Source: Poseidonia sp. (lineage in GTDB: Archaea > Thermoplasmatota > Poseidoniia > Poseidoniales > Poseidoniaceae). From it: DNA of 64,000 nt. The DNA lies in contig CBFIDD010000002.1 of assembly GCA_965661285.1 (NCBI GenBank), positions 316,515 through 380,514 on the forward strand, in the 5' to 3' direction. Shown piece after piece: positions 26,901 through 41,880 of the stretch; position 1 is the first letter of the stretch; each line of letters opens with the position of its first letter. Below the pieces are notes generated by a model. The model searched no databases. It saw only the letters and a list, made by a program, of their open reading frames with translations, and was not told the origin of the DNA. The position numbers and the translations under genes were made by a program.

Positions 26901-27554
26901 CGATGGTGTTGTCCCCGATCTCATCATCAACCCCCACGCCATTCCGTCGCGAATGACCGTGGCCCACGTTTTGGAAATGATCGGCGGGAAAGTCGGTGCT
27001 ATGGAAGGTCGTCGTATCGACGGCACCGCCTTCCGCGGCGAGAAAGAGTCCAGCCTGCGAGACGGCCTCGTCCGCAACGGGCTTGCCCACACCGGCCGTG
27101 AACTGATGATCAACGGAGAGACCGGTGAATCCTACCCCGCCGATATCTTCGTTGGCTGTATCTTCTACCAACGACTCCACCACCTCGTGAGTTCCAAGAT
27201 TCACGCCCGTTCTCGCGGTCGTGTGCAAATCCTCACACGTCAACCGACCGAAGGTCGTGCTCGACAGGGTGGTCTGCGATTTGGTGAGATGGAACGTGAT
27301 TGTCTCATTGCCCACGGTGCCTCGATGGTCATCAAAGACCGCTTGTTGGACGAGTCCGACGGCATCGACATGTACGTCTGTGCCCAATCCGGTCACATCG
27401 CCTGGTACGACCCCAAGCGTGGCACCTACGTCAGCCCCATCCACGGTGATGGCGCAGAGGTGTACAAGGTACAGACTTCTTATGCATTCAAGCTGCTCCT
27501 CGACGAGATGAAGAGTTTAGGTGTGGCCATGCGTCTTGAACTGGAGGACCGAAG

Positions 27555-27558
<4 letters not shown>
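23941..27558 (+). CDS. rpoB: DNA-directed RNA polymerase subunit B (unsplit, 1205 aa)
   Basis: Continuous ORF covering both B'' and B' homology: GGYFIINGTERVLI, NKRVRLAGDL, GQKGVIG, RFGEMERDCLIAHGA, C-terminal zinc region. No internal stop or split. Confidence 0.95.
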
Positions 27559-32308
<4,750 letters not shown>

Positions 32309-32352
32309 AATTCCAACCATGAGAAACACATGTGGAGAATGGAGGAAGAAAA

Positions 32353-32652
32353 ATGGATCTAAGCCGACAACTGAAGAACGCAATCGCAACAGGAAACCTG
32401 TTGTTTGGACAACGACAAACCAAGGACGCCTGCGCAAACGGGAACGCCAAAATGGTCATTGTGGCAGCCAACTGCCCCGAAGATTACACGACGGCCCTGC
32501 GTGCTGCCCACCCAGAAGTGAGCATGCATCGCGCACGCATGGTGAACCGAGAACTGGGTATTGCCTGTGGTAAACCCTTCTCCGTTTCCACCATCACCGT
32601 CCTCGACGCTGGCGATAGCGACTTGATGGCCCTCGAGAGCAACGTTGAGTGA
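32353..32652 (+). CDS. rpl30e: ribosomal protein L30e
   Basis: MDLSRQLKNAIATGNLLFGQRQTKDACANGNAKMVIVAANCPED is a typical L30e N-terminus. Conserved position after rpoA''. Confidence 0.85.
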   Translation: MDLSRQLKNAIATGNLLFGQRQTKDACANGNAKMVIVAANCPEDYTTALRAAHPEVSMHRARMVNRELGIACGKPFSVSTITVLDAGDSDLMALESNVE

Positions 32653-32704
32653 ACCCTCATCAACGGGACAAAGGCTTGATGGCCTTTGGTGCACACGACA
32701 AACC

Positions 32705-35700
32705 ATGCGAGTGAATCGTGTTACTCTAGCGGCGACCCTGACGGCCCTGCTCTTGTCCAGCCTTCTGCTGAGTGCAGCCGTCAACCCCGCTCAAGAACAA
32801 CCGCTATTGGATGGAGAAGAACACATCGTCCACACCTCAGCACGGTCGACCTCAGCCGAAGTGTTCCTCTCGAGCGGAGGTTCAACCACACACGACGAAT
32901 TTTCAGGAGCCATCGCTGCATCCGACAACGGCTACGTGGTCGCAGGTGACGTGAATTCATCAGCGTCAACCCTCACCTTTGGCCCACATTCCTACACACC
33001 AACCTCTCCATACAGCAACGGCAACGATTTCTTCGTGGCTTCGTTGAACAACAACGGGGGATGGAATTACCTCGTCGGCGCCGACCACACCCAAGGTGGC
33101 GTTTCGTTCATGTCGGATGTGACCTCGCACGCCGGGAATGCCATCGTGGCCGGTTACATGTACGGGCCGGTTGATTTTGGGCCAACGACCCTCTCTTCAG
33201 CCGTGCAGTTTGACGCCTTTGTGGCCCAGACCGATGCCGCAGGAAATTGGATGTGGGCCAAAGGGTTCCAAACCCTCCCGAACTCATCCACCGACTCGAG
33301 CATACCGCAAGCCATCACCGTTGACCAGGTAGGCGACGTGATCGTCGCAGGATATTTCTCCGGTGAAACTGACTTTGGCGGCACCACCATCAACGTCTCA
33401 AATCCCGAAGTGTTCATCGCGAAATTGGACGGAGCGAACGGCGCTCTCAAGTGGGTCGTCAGTGGAGGAGGCATCGGTACGCAGCAGGTCACGGATGTCG
33501 TGGTGGATCCAAGTGGAACGATTCATGTTTCGGGCGTAACGCAAAACAACATACGTTTTGGAACACAAAGTTACAACACCATCGGAACAACTGATTCGTT
33601 TATTGTCAGGGTTTCAAATTCGGGCGCAATCCTCGGCATCAGCGGCTATGGCATCCCCAACCAGGCTGTATCACTTACCAACATGGCCGTGGACAAGAAT
33701 GCTGATCTCTACATCGGCGGCTCGTTTGAAGGTACAATGGCGAAAAACGGATGGTCCATCACCGCCAATAAAGGTGGTTCGGATTTATTTTTCATCAAGG
33801 AAGGAGCTACCCCAAACAATCAGTGGGCCGTTATCGGTGGCACCAACGCAGCCGACAGCTTGCGAGGTATGGAGGTCACATCGAAAGGCGAGCTTGTCTT
33901 CACCACGTTTTTCATCAGTTCGACCTTTACCGGCGGCACCAAAGGAGCGACGCCTACCAGCAGTAGTTGGTACAATAATCAAGCCATTGATGCTCTGATG
34001 GGTGGATTGACAAATACAGGTGGTTGGTCCTGGCTGGATGTTACGTCCAGCAACGCTCTCGAGCTTGGATGGGGATTAGCCTTGAATTCCAGCGATATTG
34101 CCACCGTCGTAGGCTCCTACGCAGGACCATCAGGTAGCGATACCATCACGAAAGGCAGCACAAGCGTCACCACGACGGGGGGTTGGGATAACTTTGTTTG
34201 GGCATTGGATCCGAGCATGAAAGCTGACAGCGACAACGACGGCGTGCCAGACGTGAACGATAACTGCCCCAGCGATGTCAACCCGCTTCAGGAAAACACC
34301 GACGGGGACGCACAGGGTGATGCATGCGATTCGGATGATGACAACGATGGCATCACGGACAATTCTCCGGACAACTGCCCCAGAGGTGGAGCGGCGAATT
34401 GGGGCTCCACACAGAACTTTAACGACCCGGCCAACTCCACCGATTGGGACCGAGATGGATGCAAGGACGATGTCGAAGACGCAGACATGGACAACGACGG
34501 CGTGGAAAACGATGTTGACCTTTGCCCACGCACGTCCTACCAACCGCCTCGCCCGACCTGGGTTTCTGATGAAATTACGGATGTTGACAGTGATGGTTGC
34601 CGAGATGCGGACGAGGATACCGATGATGACGGCGACGGATTTGAGGACGTCAGCGATGACTGCCCAACGGTGATTGGTAACTCAACCCTCGGTGAGGAAG
34701 GGTGCGTTGACAACGACGGCGATGGTTGGTCAAACAATTTCGATGACTGTCCTAACGATTTCGGCAACTCAACGCTGGGCGGCAAGAACGCCTGCCCCGA
34801 CATGGACGGCGATGGTTGGGCCGACGTTGACGACGCCTTTATCGAAGACCCAACACAATGGTCGGACGCTGACGGCGACGGCTACGGCGACAATCCCGAA
34901 GGAACCACGCCGGACGATTGCCCGGCGGCGGTTGGCACCTCGGTTTTGGACCGCCTCGGCTGTTTGGACACCGACGGCGATGGGTATTCTGACCCCGATA
35001 GCATGTGGGACGCAGAATCCGGCGCTGACGCCTTTATCGAGGACACAACGCAATGGTCCGACTTCGACGGCGACGGCTACGGCGACAACTATGCGAACGA
35101 TACATGGACGGACCGCAACCCGTCTTGGCCCGGCGAATATCGAGACGATGTCGTGCTCCAAGACGCCTGCCCCACGCAAGAGGGCACATCGTGGCAAAAC
35201 GGCATGATCGGTTGCCCGGACCAAGACGGTGATGGATGGTACAACCTCCAAGACGCCTTCCCAAACGACGCCACACAGTGGTCTGACGGTGACGGTGACG
35301 GCTACGGCGACAACGCTTCTGGAAACGATGCCGACCAGTGTCCAGACATCGCTGGCACCTCCACCACCGACCGGTTGGGTTGTGTTGATAGCGATGATGA
35401 CGGATATTCTGACCCCGACATCACATGGACACCGGCTCAAGGTGCTGACGCCTTCATGGCCGACCCTACGCAGTGGGCTGACCAGGACAACGATTTCTTC
35501 GGCGATAATCCCGCTGGCGACCGCCCCGATGACTGCCCGACCGTTCGTGGCACCTCCTTCATCGACCGCTTTGGTTGCGAGGACAGCGATGGCGATGGCC
35601 TCTCCGATGCCACCCCTGAATGGACGCTTGAACAAGGAGCAGATGCATGTCCCCTGGCTTACGGGAACTCGAGTGCTGACCGAATTGGCTGCGTGGACAC

Positions 35701-36187
35701 CGACGGGGACAACTACTCTGACCCAACACCTGATTATCGTGCAGAAGACGGTGCTGACGCCTATCCACAAGACCCGACGCGCTGGATTCTCGAACCGGAG
35801 GAAGAAGGCGCGCTCTTCGCCTCGAGCAACGTGCTCGTCGGCGGTGGCGTTGGACTCGTGGTGCTTCTCGCCCTGATCGGATTCTTCATGCGTGGACGTC
35901 GGCCAAAGAGCGACAACGCTGCTTGGGAGATACCGCCAACCGTCGGAATGCCGGACTTCAACGCTCAACCCGCAGCCATTTCGCCGGGATACGCAGCGCC
36001 GGTCGCCATGCCCGACTTCAACGCTCAACCCGCCCAGGCCACTGTGGCTGCTCAACCCGCCTATGCACCGCCCGTGGCACAGCCTGACCCCGCTCGGGAG
36101 TACTACAACAGCCTCATTGCACAGGGGTACCCACACGATGATGCCGTGCGATATACTAAGCAATACTTCAACCAGTTCCACGGTTGA
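32705..36187 (+). CDS. large type-I membrane-anchored surface protein: signal peptide, SBBP-type beta-propeller repeats, ~20 thrombospondin type-3-like Ca-binding repeats, TM, Pro-rich cytoplasmic tail
   Basis: Start set at MRVNRVTLAATLTALLLSSLLLSAAV (signal). Propeller-like units (GDVIVAGYFSGETDFGG, DSFIVRVSNSG). Repeated DxDxDGxxD units (DTDGDGYSD, DQDGDGW, DGDGDGYGDN). TM LVGGGVGLVVLLALIGFF. Tail with tandem MPDFNAQPA. Confidence 0.7.
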   Translation: MRVNRVTLAATLTALLLSSLLLSAAVNPAQEQPLLDGEEHIVHTSARSTSAEVFLSSGGSTTHDEFSGAIAASDNGYVVAGDVNSSASTLTFGPHSYTPTSPYSNGNDFFVASLNNNGGWNYLVGADHTQGGVSFMSDVTSHAGNAIVAGYMYGPVDFGPTTLSSAVQFDAFVAQTDAAGNWMWAKGFQTLPNSSTDSSIPQAITVDQVGDVIVAGYFSGETDFGGTTINVSNPEVFIAKLDGANGALKWVVSGGGIGTQQVTDVVVDPSGTIHVSGVTQNNIRFGTQSYNTIGTTDSFIVRVSNSGAILGISGYGIPNQAVSLTNMAVDKNADLYIGGSFEGTMAKNGWSITANKGGSDLFFIKEGATPNNQWAVIGGTNAADSLRGMEVTSKGELVFTTFFISSTFTGGTKGATPTSSSWYNNQAIDALMGGLTNTGGWSWLDVTSSNALELGWGLALNSSDIATVVGSYAGPSGSDTITKGSTSVTTTGGWDNFVWALDPSMKADSDNDGVPDVNDNCPSDVNPLQENTDGDAQGDACDSDDDNDGITDNSPDNCPRGGAANWGSTQNFNDPANSTDWDRDGCKDDVEDADMDNDGVENDVDLCPRTSYQPPRPTWVSDEITDVDSDGCRDADEDTDDDGDGFEDVSDDCPTVIGNSTLGEEGCVDNDGDGWSNNFDDCPNDFGNSTLGGKNACPDMDGDGWADVDDAFIEDPTQWSDADGDGYGDNPEGTTPDDCPAAVGTSVLDRLGCLDTDGDGYSDPDSMWDAESGADAFIEDTTQWSDFDGDGYGDNYANDTWTDRNPSWPGEYRDDVVLQDACPTQEGTSWQNGMIGCPDQDGDGWYNLQDAFPNDATQWSDGDGDGYGDNASGNDADQCPDIAGTSTTDRLGCVDSDDDGYSDPDITWTPAQGADAFMADPTQWADQDNDFFGDNPAGDRPDDCPTVRGTSFIDRFGCEDSDGDGLSDATPEWTLEQGADACPLAYGNSSADRIGCVDTDGDNYSDPTPDYRAEDGADAYPQDPTRWILEPEEEGALFASSNVLVGGGVGLVVLLALIGFFMRGRRPKSDNAAWEIPPTVGMPDFNAQPAAISPGYAAPVAMPDFNAQPAQATVAAQPAYAPPVAQPDPAREYYNSLIAQGYPHDDAVRYTKQYFNQFHG
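34850..35320 (+). repeat. coding near-tandem DNA repeats (~45-bp units) inside the TSP3 region
   Basis: CAATGGTCGGACGCTGACGGCGACGGCTACGGCGACAAT at 34852, a near-identical copy at 35047 and another at 35272. Encodes (T)QWSDxDGDGYGDN. Confidence 0.5.
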
Positions 36188-36204
36188 TTCGGGAAGGGCA
36201 GGCG

Positions 36205-37832
<1,628 letters not shown>

Positions 37833-37933
37833 TTACACACCGAGGTGTGTTGCCCCTCCCTAACAAAGTCCCTTTCTAATGGTTGTCCCTCATTCCTCTC
37901 CTCATCAGCCGATTACTGAGAAGAAAAGCGATG

Positions 37934-38416
37934 TCAAAATGAGCACACGGTGAGGTATCGCTCCAAGCGATCCACCCGACGTTGCCCGTTTTCATCGACC
38001 TCGCTCATGGCTCGAATGGATTCCTCGATCAGTGCGTGCTGGTCTTCCTGAAGTCCAATGATTCGACGAAGATGGTCGAGCATCGCCCATTCATCTTCGC
38101 TGATGACATCGTCGTCGAGCGCAGCGATGAGTGCAGACTGATAGGTGGTGGCGTCACCCATGTGATGACCACCGTATTCACTGCCCTCATCAAACGGCCA
38201 ATCGACTTCACCCGCCACAACCGCTCGGCACTCCGCCGTATCTGCTGGCGCCACGCCGAGAGCTCCGGCGAGAATCCTGAGAATTTGGGCCTCATCATCC
38301 GTCACGATGGCGTCTTCAAAGGCCACTCGGAGTGTTTCAAGGTAGAGATAGAGACCCCGTGTGGGTTGCAGTGCCATGAATTCACGTGGAGCAGACTCGT
38401 CTTTCAAACTTCTCAC
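37934..38416 (-). CDS. acidic hypothetical protein with internal repeat (TerB-like helical repeat?)
   Basis: 160 aa. Two related segments (VTDDEAQILRILAGALG / ISEDEWAMLDHLRRIIG). No confident family. Confidence 0.3.
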   Translation of the reverse strand: MRSLKDESAPREFMALQPTRGLYLYLETLRVAFEDAIVTDDEAQILRILAGALGVAPADTAECRAVVAGEVDWPFDEGSEYGGHHMGDATTYQSALIAALDDDVISEDEWAMLDHLRRIIGLQEDQHALIEESIRAMSEVDENGQRRVDRLERYLTVCSF

Positions 38417-38469
38417 CTTGCATCAAGGGTGCGAGGAGAAGTTTGTCATACAGGTAAATACAATTTGTC

Positions 38470-38497
38470 ATCATTTAGAATACAATTATATACGGCT
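38470..38497. promoter_or_regulatory. AT-rich TATA-like element in the divergent intergenic region (TerB-like gene / RHH gene)
   Basis: CATTTAGAATACAATTATATAC sits ~15-35 nt upstream of the RHH gene ATG (38508). Consistent with an archaeal TATA box for a leaderless or short-leader transcript. Confidence 0.3.
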
Positions 38498-38507
38498 TGG
38501 TTCAGTC

Positions 38508-38900
38508 ATGAATTACGAGGCCACCAAGATGACCCAGCCAACCAGCGCCGTTTCCCTCCGAATCACGGAGGAAGATCTCGCCCTGCTGGACGCCCGCATT
38601 GGCATGGACGGCGCACGAAGTCGTTCGGACGTGGTGCGTTTGGCCATTCAGGAATTCCTTCACAACCAACCGCTCCTGCACGACATGAAGTCCGTTCGTA
38701 TCCCACTTGGTCGAAACGACCAGGTTCAACTTGGGAAATTGTACGAACTTCAAGGCACAACGCCCGAAATTGCAGCCCAAGAGGGGTTGAAATTGTACAT
38801 TGACCAAGCCATTGACAAGATTGTCAACGGCATCAAACTCGATGATGCACTGGAGGCGTCCAGAGCAGCAACGATTCGACGCAACGAATACCAAGAATGA
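38508..38900 (+). CDS. ribbon-helix-helix (CopG/Arc/MetJ-like) DNA-binding protein
   Basis: VSLRITEEDLALLDARIGMDGARSRSDVVRLAIQEFL shows the RHH pattern (beta-strand then two helices). Start set at the internal ATG 38508. Confidence 0.5.
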   Translation: MNYEATKMTQPTSAVSLRITEEDLALLDARIGMDGARSRSDVVRLAIQEFLHNQPLLHDMKSVRIPLGRNDQVQLGKLYELQGTTPEIAAQEGLKLYIDQAIDKIVNGIKLDDALEASRAATIRRNEYQE

Positions 38901-39230
38901 ATTGGTGAGAGACTGGAGGGGATGGGATGAATTGGCAAAACTCGGGCTACAACCTTGGTGATGCCACCCTTGGAGTTGTGCAGGACCGGCCTGTCCTGCA
39001 GAGCTTTGTCTCGTTGTGTCAGCGTGCCCGTCGTGCGCGCCTTGGCCTTGGTTCCCACAACCAAACAACCCCACACACCTCCCTGGACGACGGCCAGGGA
39101 GACCCTGATTCCACTCCCGTCAGTTGACGCGGTGGTTCCCCGTGCCCAGCCCCCACACTTCTGGGCACATTGATTCCAGACAGTCAAGCCTGTAACCTCC
39201 ATGCGAATCCTTTAGGAGGGTCGCCGCAGG

Positions 39231-41351
39231 ATGCTTGATATGAACGAGCAGGAAGAACAGGTGGACGCATCCACCTATCCATTTCTTGCTCATGCCAATC
39301 CCCGACCTGGTCAACTAGAAATGATACAAGACGGCATCAAAGCGCTCCAAAACGGAGGCTACCATCTGGCAGCGGCGCCAACAGGTATCGGAAAAACCGC
39401 TGCTTCGTTGGCCGCGGCCCTCGAAGTGGCCAGTCAACAACCGCAGAAGAAAACCGTGTTTTTCCTCACCTCCCGCCAAACACAGCACCGCATCGTTGTG
39501 GATACCGTTCGCCGTATCAACCAGCGAAGAAAGGGCACGATGCCCGTTCGATTGGTCGACATGGTCGGTCAAGCCGGCATGTGCGTCCAACCCTTCGCCA
39601 AAGAATCCCCGTTGGTGTTCTCCCTCCTGTGCAGCCAAGCCAGAAAAACACGTTCGTGCAAGCCGTGGATCACATCGGCACCCGGGCTGAAGGAGCGAAT
39701 ATTGGCCTCGCCCCTTCATGTTGACGAACTGGTCGACATCGCCCGAACACACACGGCCAACGGCGAGCCTGCCCAAACCTGCCCGTGGAAAGCGGCTCGA
39801 GAAGCCGTGAGCGGCGCTGATGTCTTTGTTGGCGATTACAATCACCTCTTTGATGACGGTGTTCGGGAATCCAGCCTCAAAGCGATGGACCTTGACCTCA
39901 GCGACATCATCATCGTCGTTGATGAAGCACACAATCTCCCGGACCGTATCCGAATGACGCTGGAGAAACGACTGACAAGAACCATGATTCGAAATTCCCA
40001 GATGGAATTGGAGGAATACGCCGGCATGCTCGCACAAGCCATGAATGCTCCTGGAGGTGAAGCGCTCTCAATGGCGCACGGTCTTGCTTCTTGGGCGTTT
40101 GAGGTGATCAAAGCCTCACGTGTCGGATTCGATGCGCTTTTTTCCCAGTACCTACGAAACCTCTCGGGTCAAGACGAAGAGGCTGAGGTGAGCGTGGACG
40201 AGGTACTCAATGTCTTTCACCGTGCGTGCGATAGGGTGGAAGGGAAGGCTGGACAACAGCAACTCAACGCCCCGACCTCGTCCAAACATCCGGTTGTCGA
40301 CGTGGCCGTACGCATCCACCAACTTCGAGATGTTTTGGCAAGCGTTGACGTGGATATGGAGGCCGGTGATGACGGCAACCCGATGGAGCCCAATGCCCAC
40401 AGGGTTGCCGAGATTCTCGATTGCATGGTGAAATACGGTTCAACCCCAGCCCTGACCATGATTTACGACACCAAAGGGAAAGACGGGCGAATCACCACCC
40501 ACCTCCTCGACCCCGGTTTGGTCTCAAAGCCCGTCTTCGAACAGTCAGCAGGAGCCATGCTGATGTCTGGCACACTCTATCCACCCAGCATGTACGCCAA
40601 CATCTTGGCCCTCCCGAGTTCCTCTACCACGTCGGTTGCCTACCGGTCACCTTTCGCCGCCATGCGAAGACCGGTGCTCGTTGCGAAGAACGTGACGACA
40701 AAGTACACCGAGCGTGGGCCCGAAAACACCCGGGCCATTCGAGCACACATTCAATCCCTCATCGATGCTTCACCCGGCAACGTGGCCGTGTTTGCCCCCT
40801 CTTACGCGATGCTCAACGATGTCGTTCTTGAAGGGCATTTTACGGGGGCACGCATCATGGCCGAAAGCAGAGAATGGACCAAACAAGATTTGGACCAGGT
40901 GGTTGACACGTTGCTTGAGGAAAAGCGGAGCGGAAGAAAGATTCTCCTCGCTGGCGTATTTGGTGCTCGGCTCTCAGAAGGCGTGGACTACCACAGCGGA
41001 GCTCTTGACGCCGTGGCGTGTATTGGCATCCCAAACTCACCACCCTCTGTTCTCTCCAAGGCGCTGAAAACCTACGCAGAAGACCGTTTCGGACGAAATT
41101 TGGCCTGGCGATACACGGTGTCGCAGCCGGCTGTGAACGCCATCCTGCAAGCCATGGGCCGTCCCATCCGCTCCATTGGTGACCGCGCCCTGATTCTGCT
41201 GTTGGACCGCCGCGTTACCGACCGAACCTATGCCGGGTGTTTCCCGTCGGACTTACGTATGAACGATGCAAGCGACCATGACTCAACACGCCATTTCGCT
41301 CGACGCTTTTTCACAAAAGTTCACCCGGACCGCTCGCTGGAAAGCGAATGA
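39231..41351 (+). CDS. XPD/Rad3/DinG-family ATP-dependent DNA helicase with Fe-S domain
   Basis: Walker A AAPTGIGKTAASL. DEAH box VDEAHNLPD. Four-Cys cluster region (GMCVQP ... LLCSQ ... RSCKPW ... TCPWK). Helicase C-terminal motifs. 706 aa. Confidence 0.8.
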   Translation: MLDMNEQEEQVDASTYPFLAHANPRPGQLEMIQDGIKALQNGGYHLAAAPTGIGKTAASLAAALEVASQQPQKKTVFFLTSRQTQHRIVVDTVRRINQRRKGTMPVRLVDMVGQAGMCVQPFAKESPLVFSLLCSQARKTRSCKPWITSAPGLKERILASPLHVDELVDIARTHTANGEPAQTCPWKAAREAVSGADVFVGDYNHLFDDGVRESSLKAMDLDLSDIIIVVDEAHNLPDRIRMTLEKRLTRTMIRNSQMELEEYAGMLAQAMNAPGGEALSMAHGLASWAFEVIKASRVGFDALFSQYLRNLSGQDEEAEVSVDEVLNVFHRACDRVEGKAGQQQLNAPTSSKHPVVDVAVRIHQLRDVLASVDVDMEAGDDGNPMEPNAHRVAEILDCMVKYGSTPALTMIYDTKGKDGRITTHLLDPGLVSKPVFEQSAGAMLMSGTLYPPSMYANILALPSSSTTSVAYRSPFAAMRRPVLVAKNVTTKYTERGPENTRAIRAHIQSLIDASPGNVAVFAPSYAMLNDVVLEGHFTGARIMAESREWTKQDLDQVVDTLLEEKRSGRKILLAGVFGARLSEGVDYHSGALDAVACIGIPNSPPSVLSKALKTYAEDRFGRNLAWRYTVSQPAVNAILQAMGRPIRSIGDRALILLLDRRVTDRTYAGCFPSDLRMNDASDHDSTRHFARRFFTKVHPDRSLESE

Positions 41352-41863
41352 TGTCTGTCCGAAGGTTCATGTGGGCTCGTCCGTTGCAAAAGCCCATGGA
41401 CAATTGGCAACCGCTGGACATCACCACTGAGGATACGCCCTCCACGCCCCTTGAACCGGCCATTGATGGCCTCGAAACCGACGCTGCAAACCTCCAAGCA
41501 GCCTTTGAAACATCGAGTTCACATCTTGATGAAGTCCGAGCCCGCCACACCGAGGTGCTCGTCACCGCCGGTATGCTTCCCGAAACGGGATTGGCCGACC
41601 GCCACCCTGAGCGAGCCTTGGCTTGGATTGTTGAAAGCATCAACGGCCGCATGAACCCGGACGGCCTCACCGTACCGCTGCTGGGAACGACCGAGGAAGC
41701 CATTCGACTTCATGTGAAGAATACCGAAGACGCCACGCTGGTGAAGTTGGACATTCACGACCCGAACGGACCGCCCTTGCTCCGTGAACTCCCGCTGCCT
41801 GTTGAAGCCAGCGAAACGCTTCAAGCCACCTTTGTTGAGGGCAGGCTCCACCTTCGTTGGTGA
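41348..41863 (+). CDS. acidic hypothetical protein (possible Hsp20-like C-terminus)
   Basis: 171 aa. Coding-like composition. C-terminal ATFVEGRLHLRW resembles alpha-crystallin-domain ends. Overlaps the helicase stop by 4 nt. Confidence 0.3.
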   Translation: MMSVRRFMWARPLQKPMDNWQPLDITTEDTPSTPLEPAIDGLETDAANLQAAFETSSSHLDEVRARHTEVLVTAGMLPETGLADRHPERALAWIVESINGRMNPDGLTVPLLGTTEEAIRLHVKNTEDATLVKLDIHDPNGPPLLRELPLPVEASETLQATFVEGRLHLRW

Positions 41864-41880
41864 ACCGCGCCCTTCGCATC

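Noticed and set aside
24607-27444. 518-aa and 260-aa minus-strand ORFs inside rpoB
   Set aside because: Antisense to an unambiguous RNA polymerase B gene. Composition artefact of high GC3.
34769-36181. 470-aa minus-strand ORF opposite the TSP3-repeat region
   Set aside because: Antisense to the repeat-rich surface protein gene. His/Arg/Val-rich nonsense translation driven by GAC/GGC repeats.
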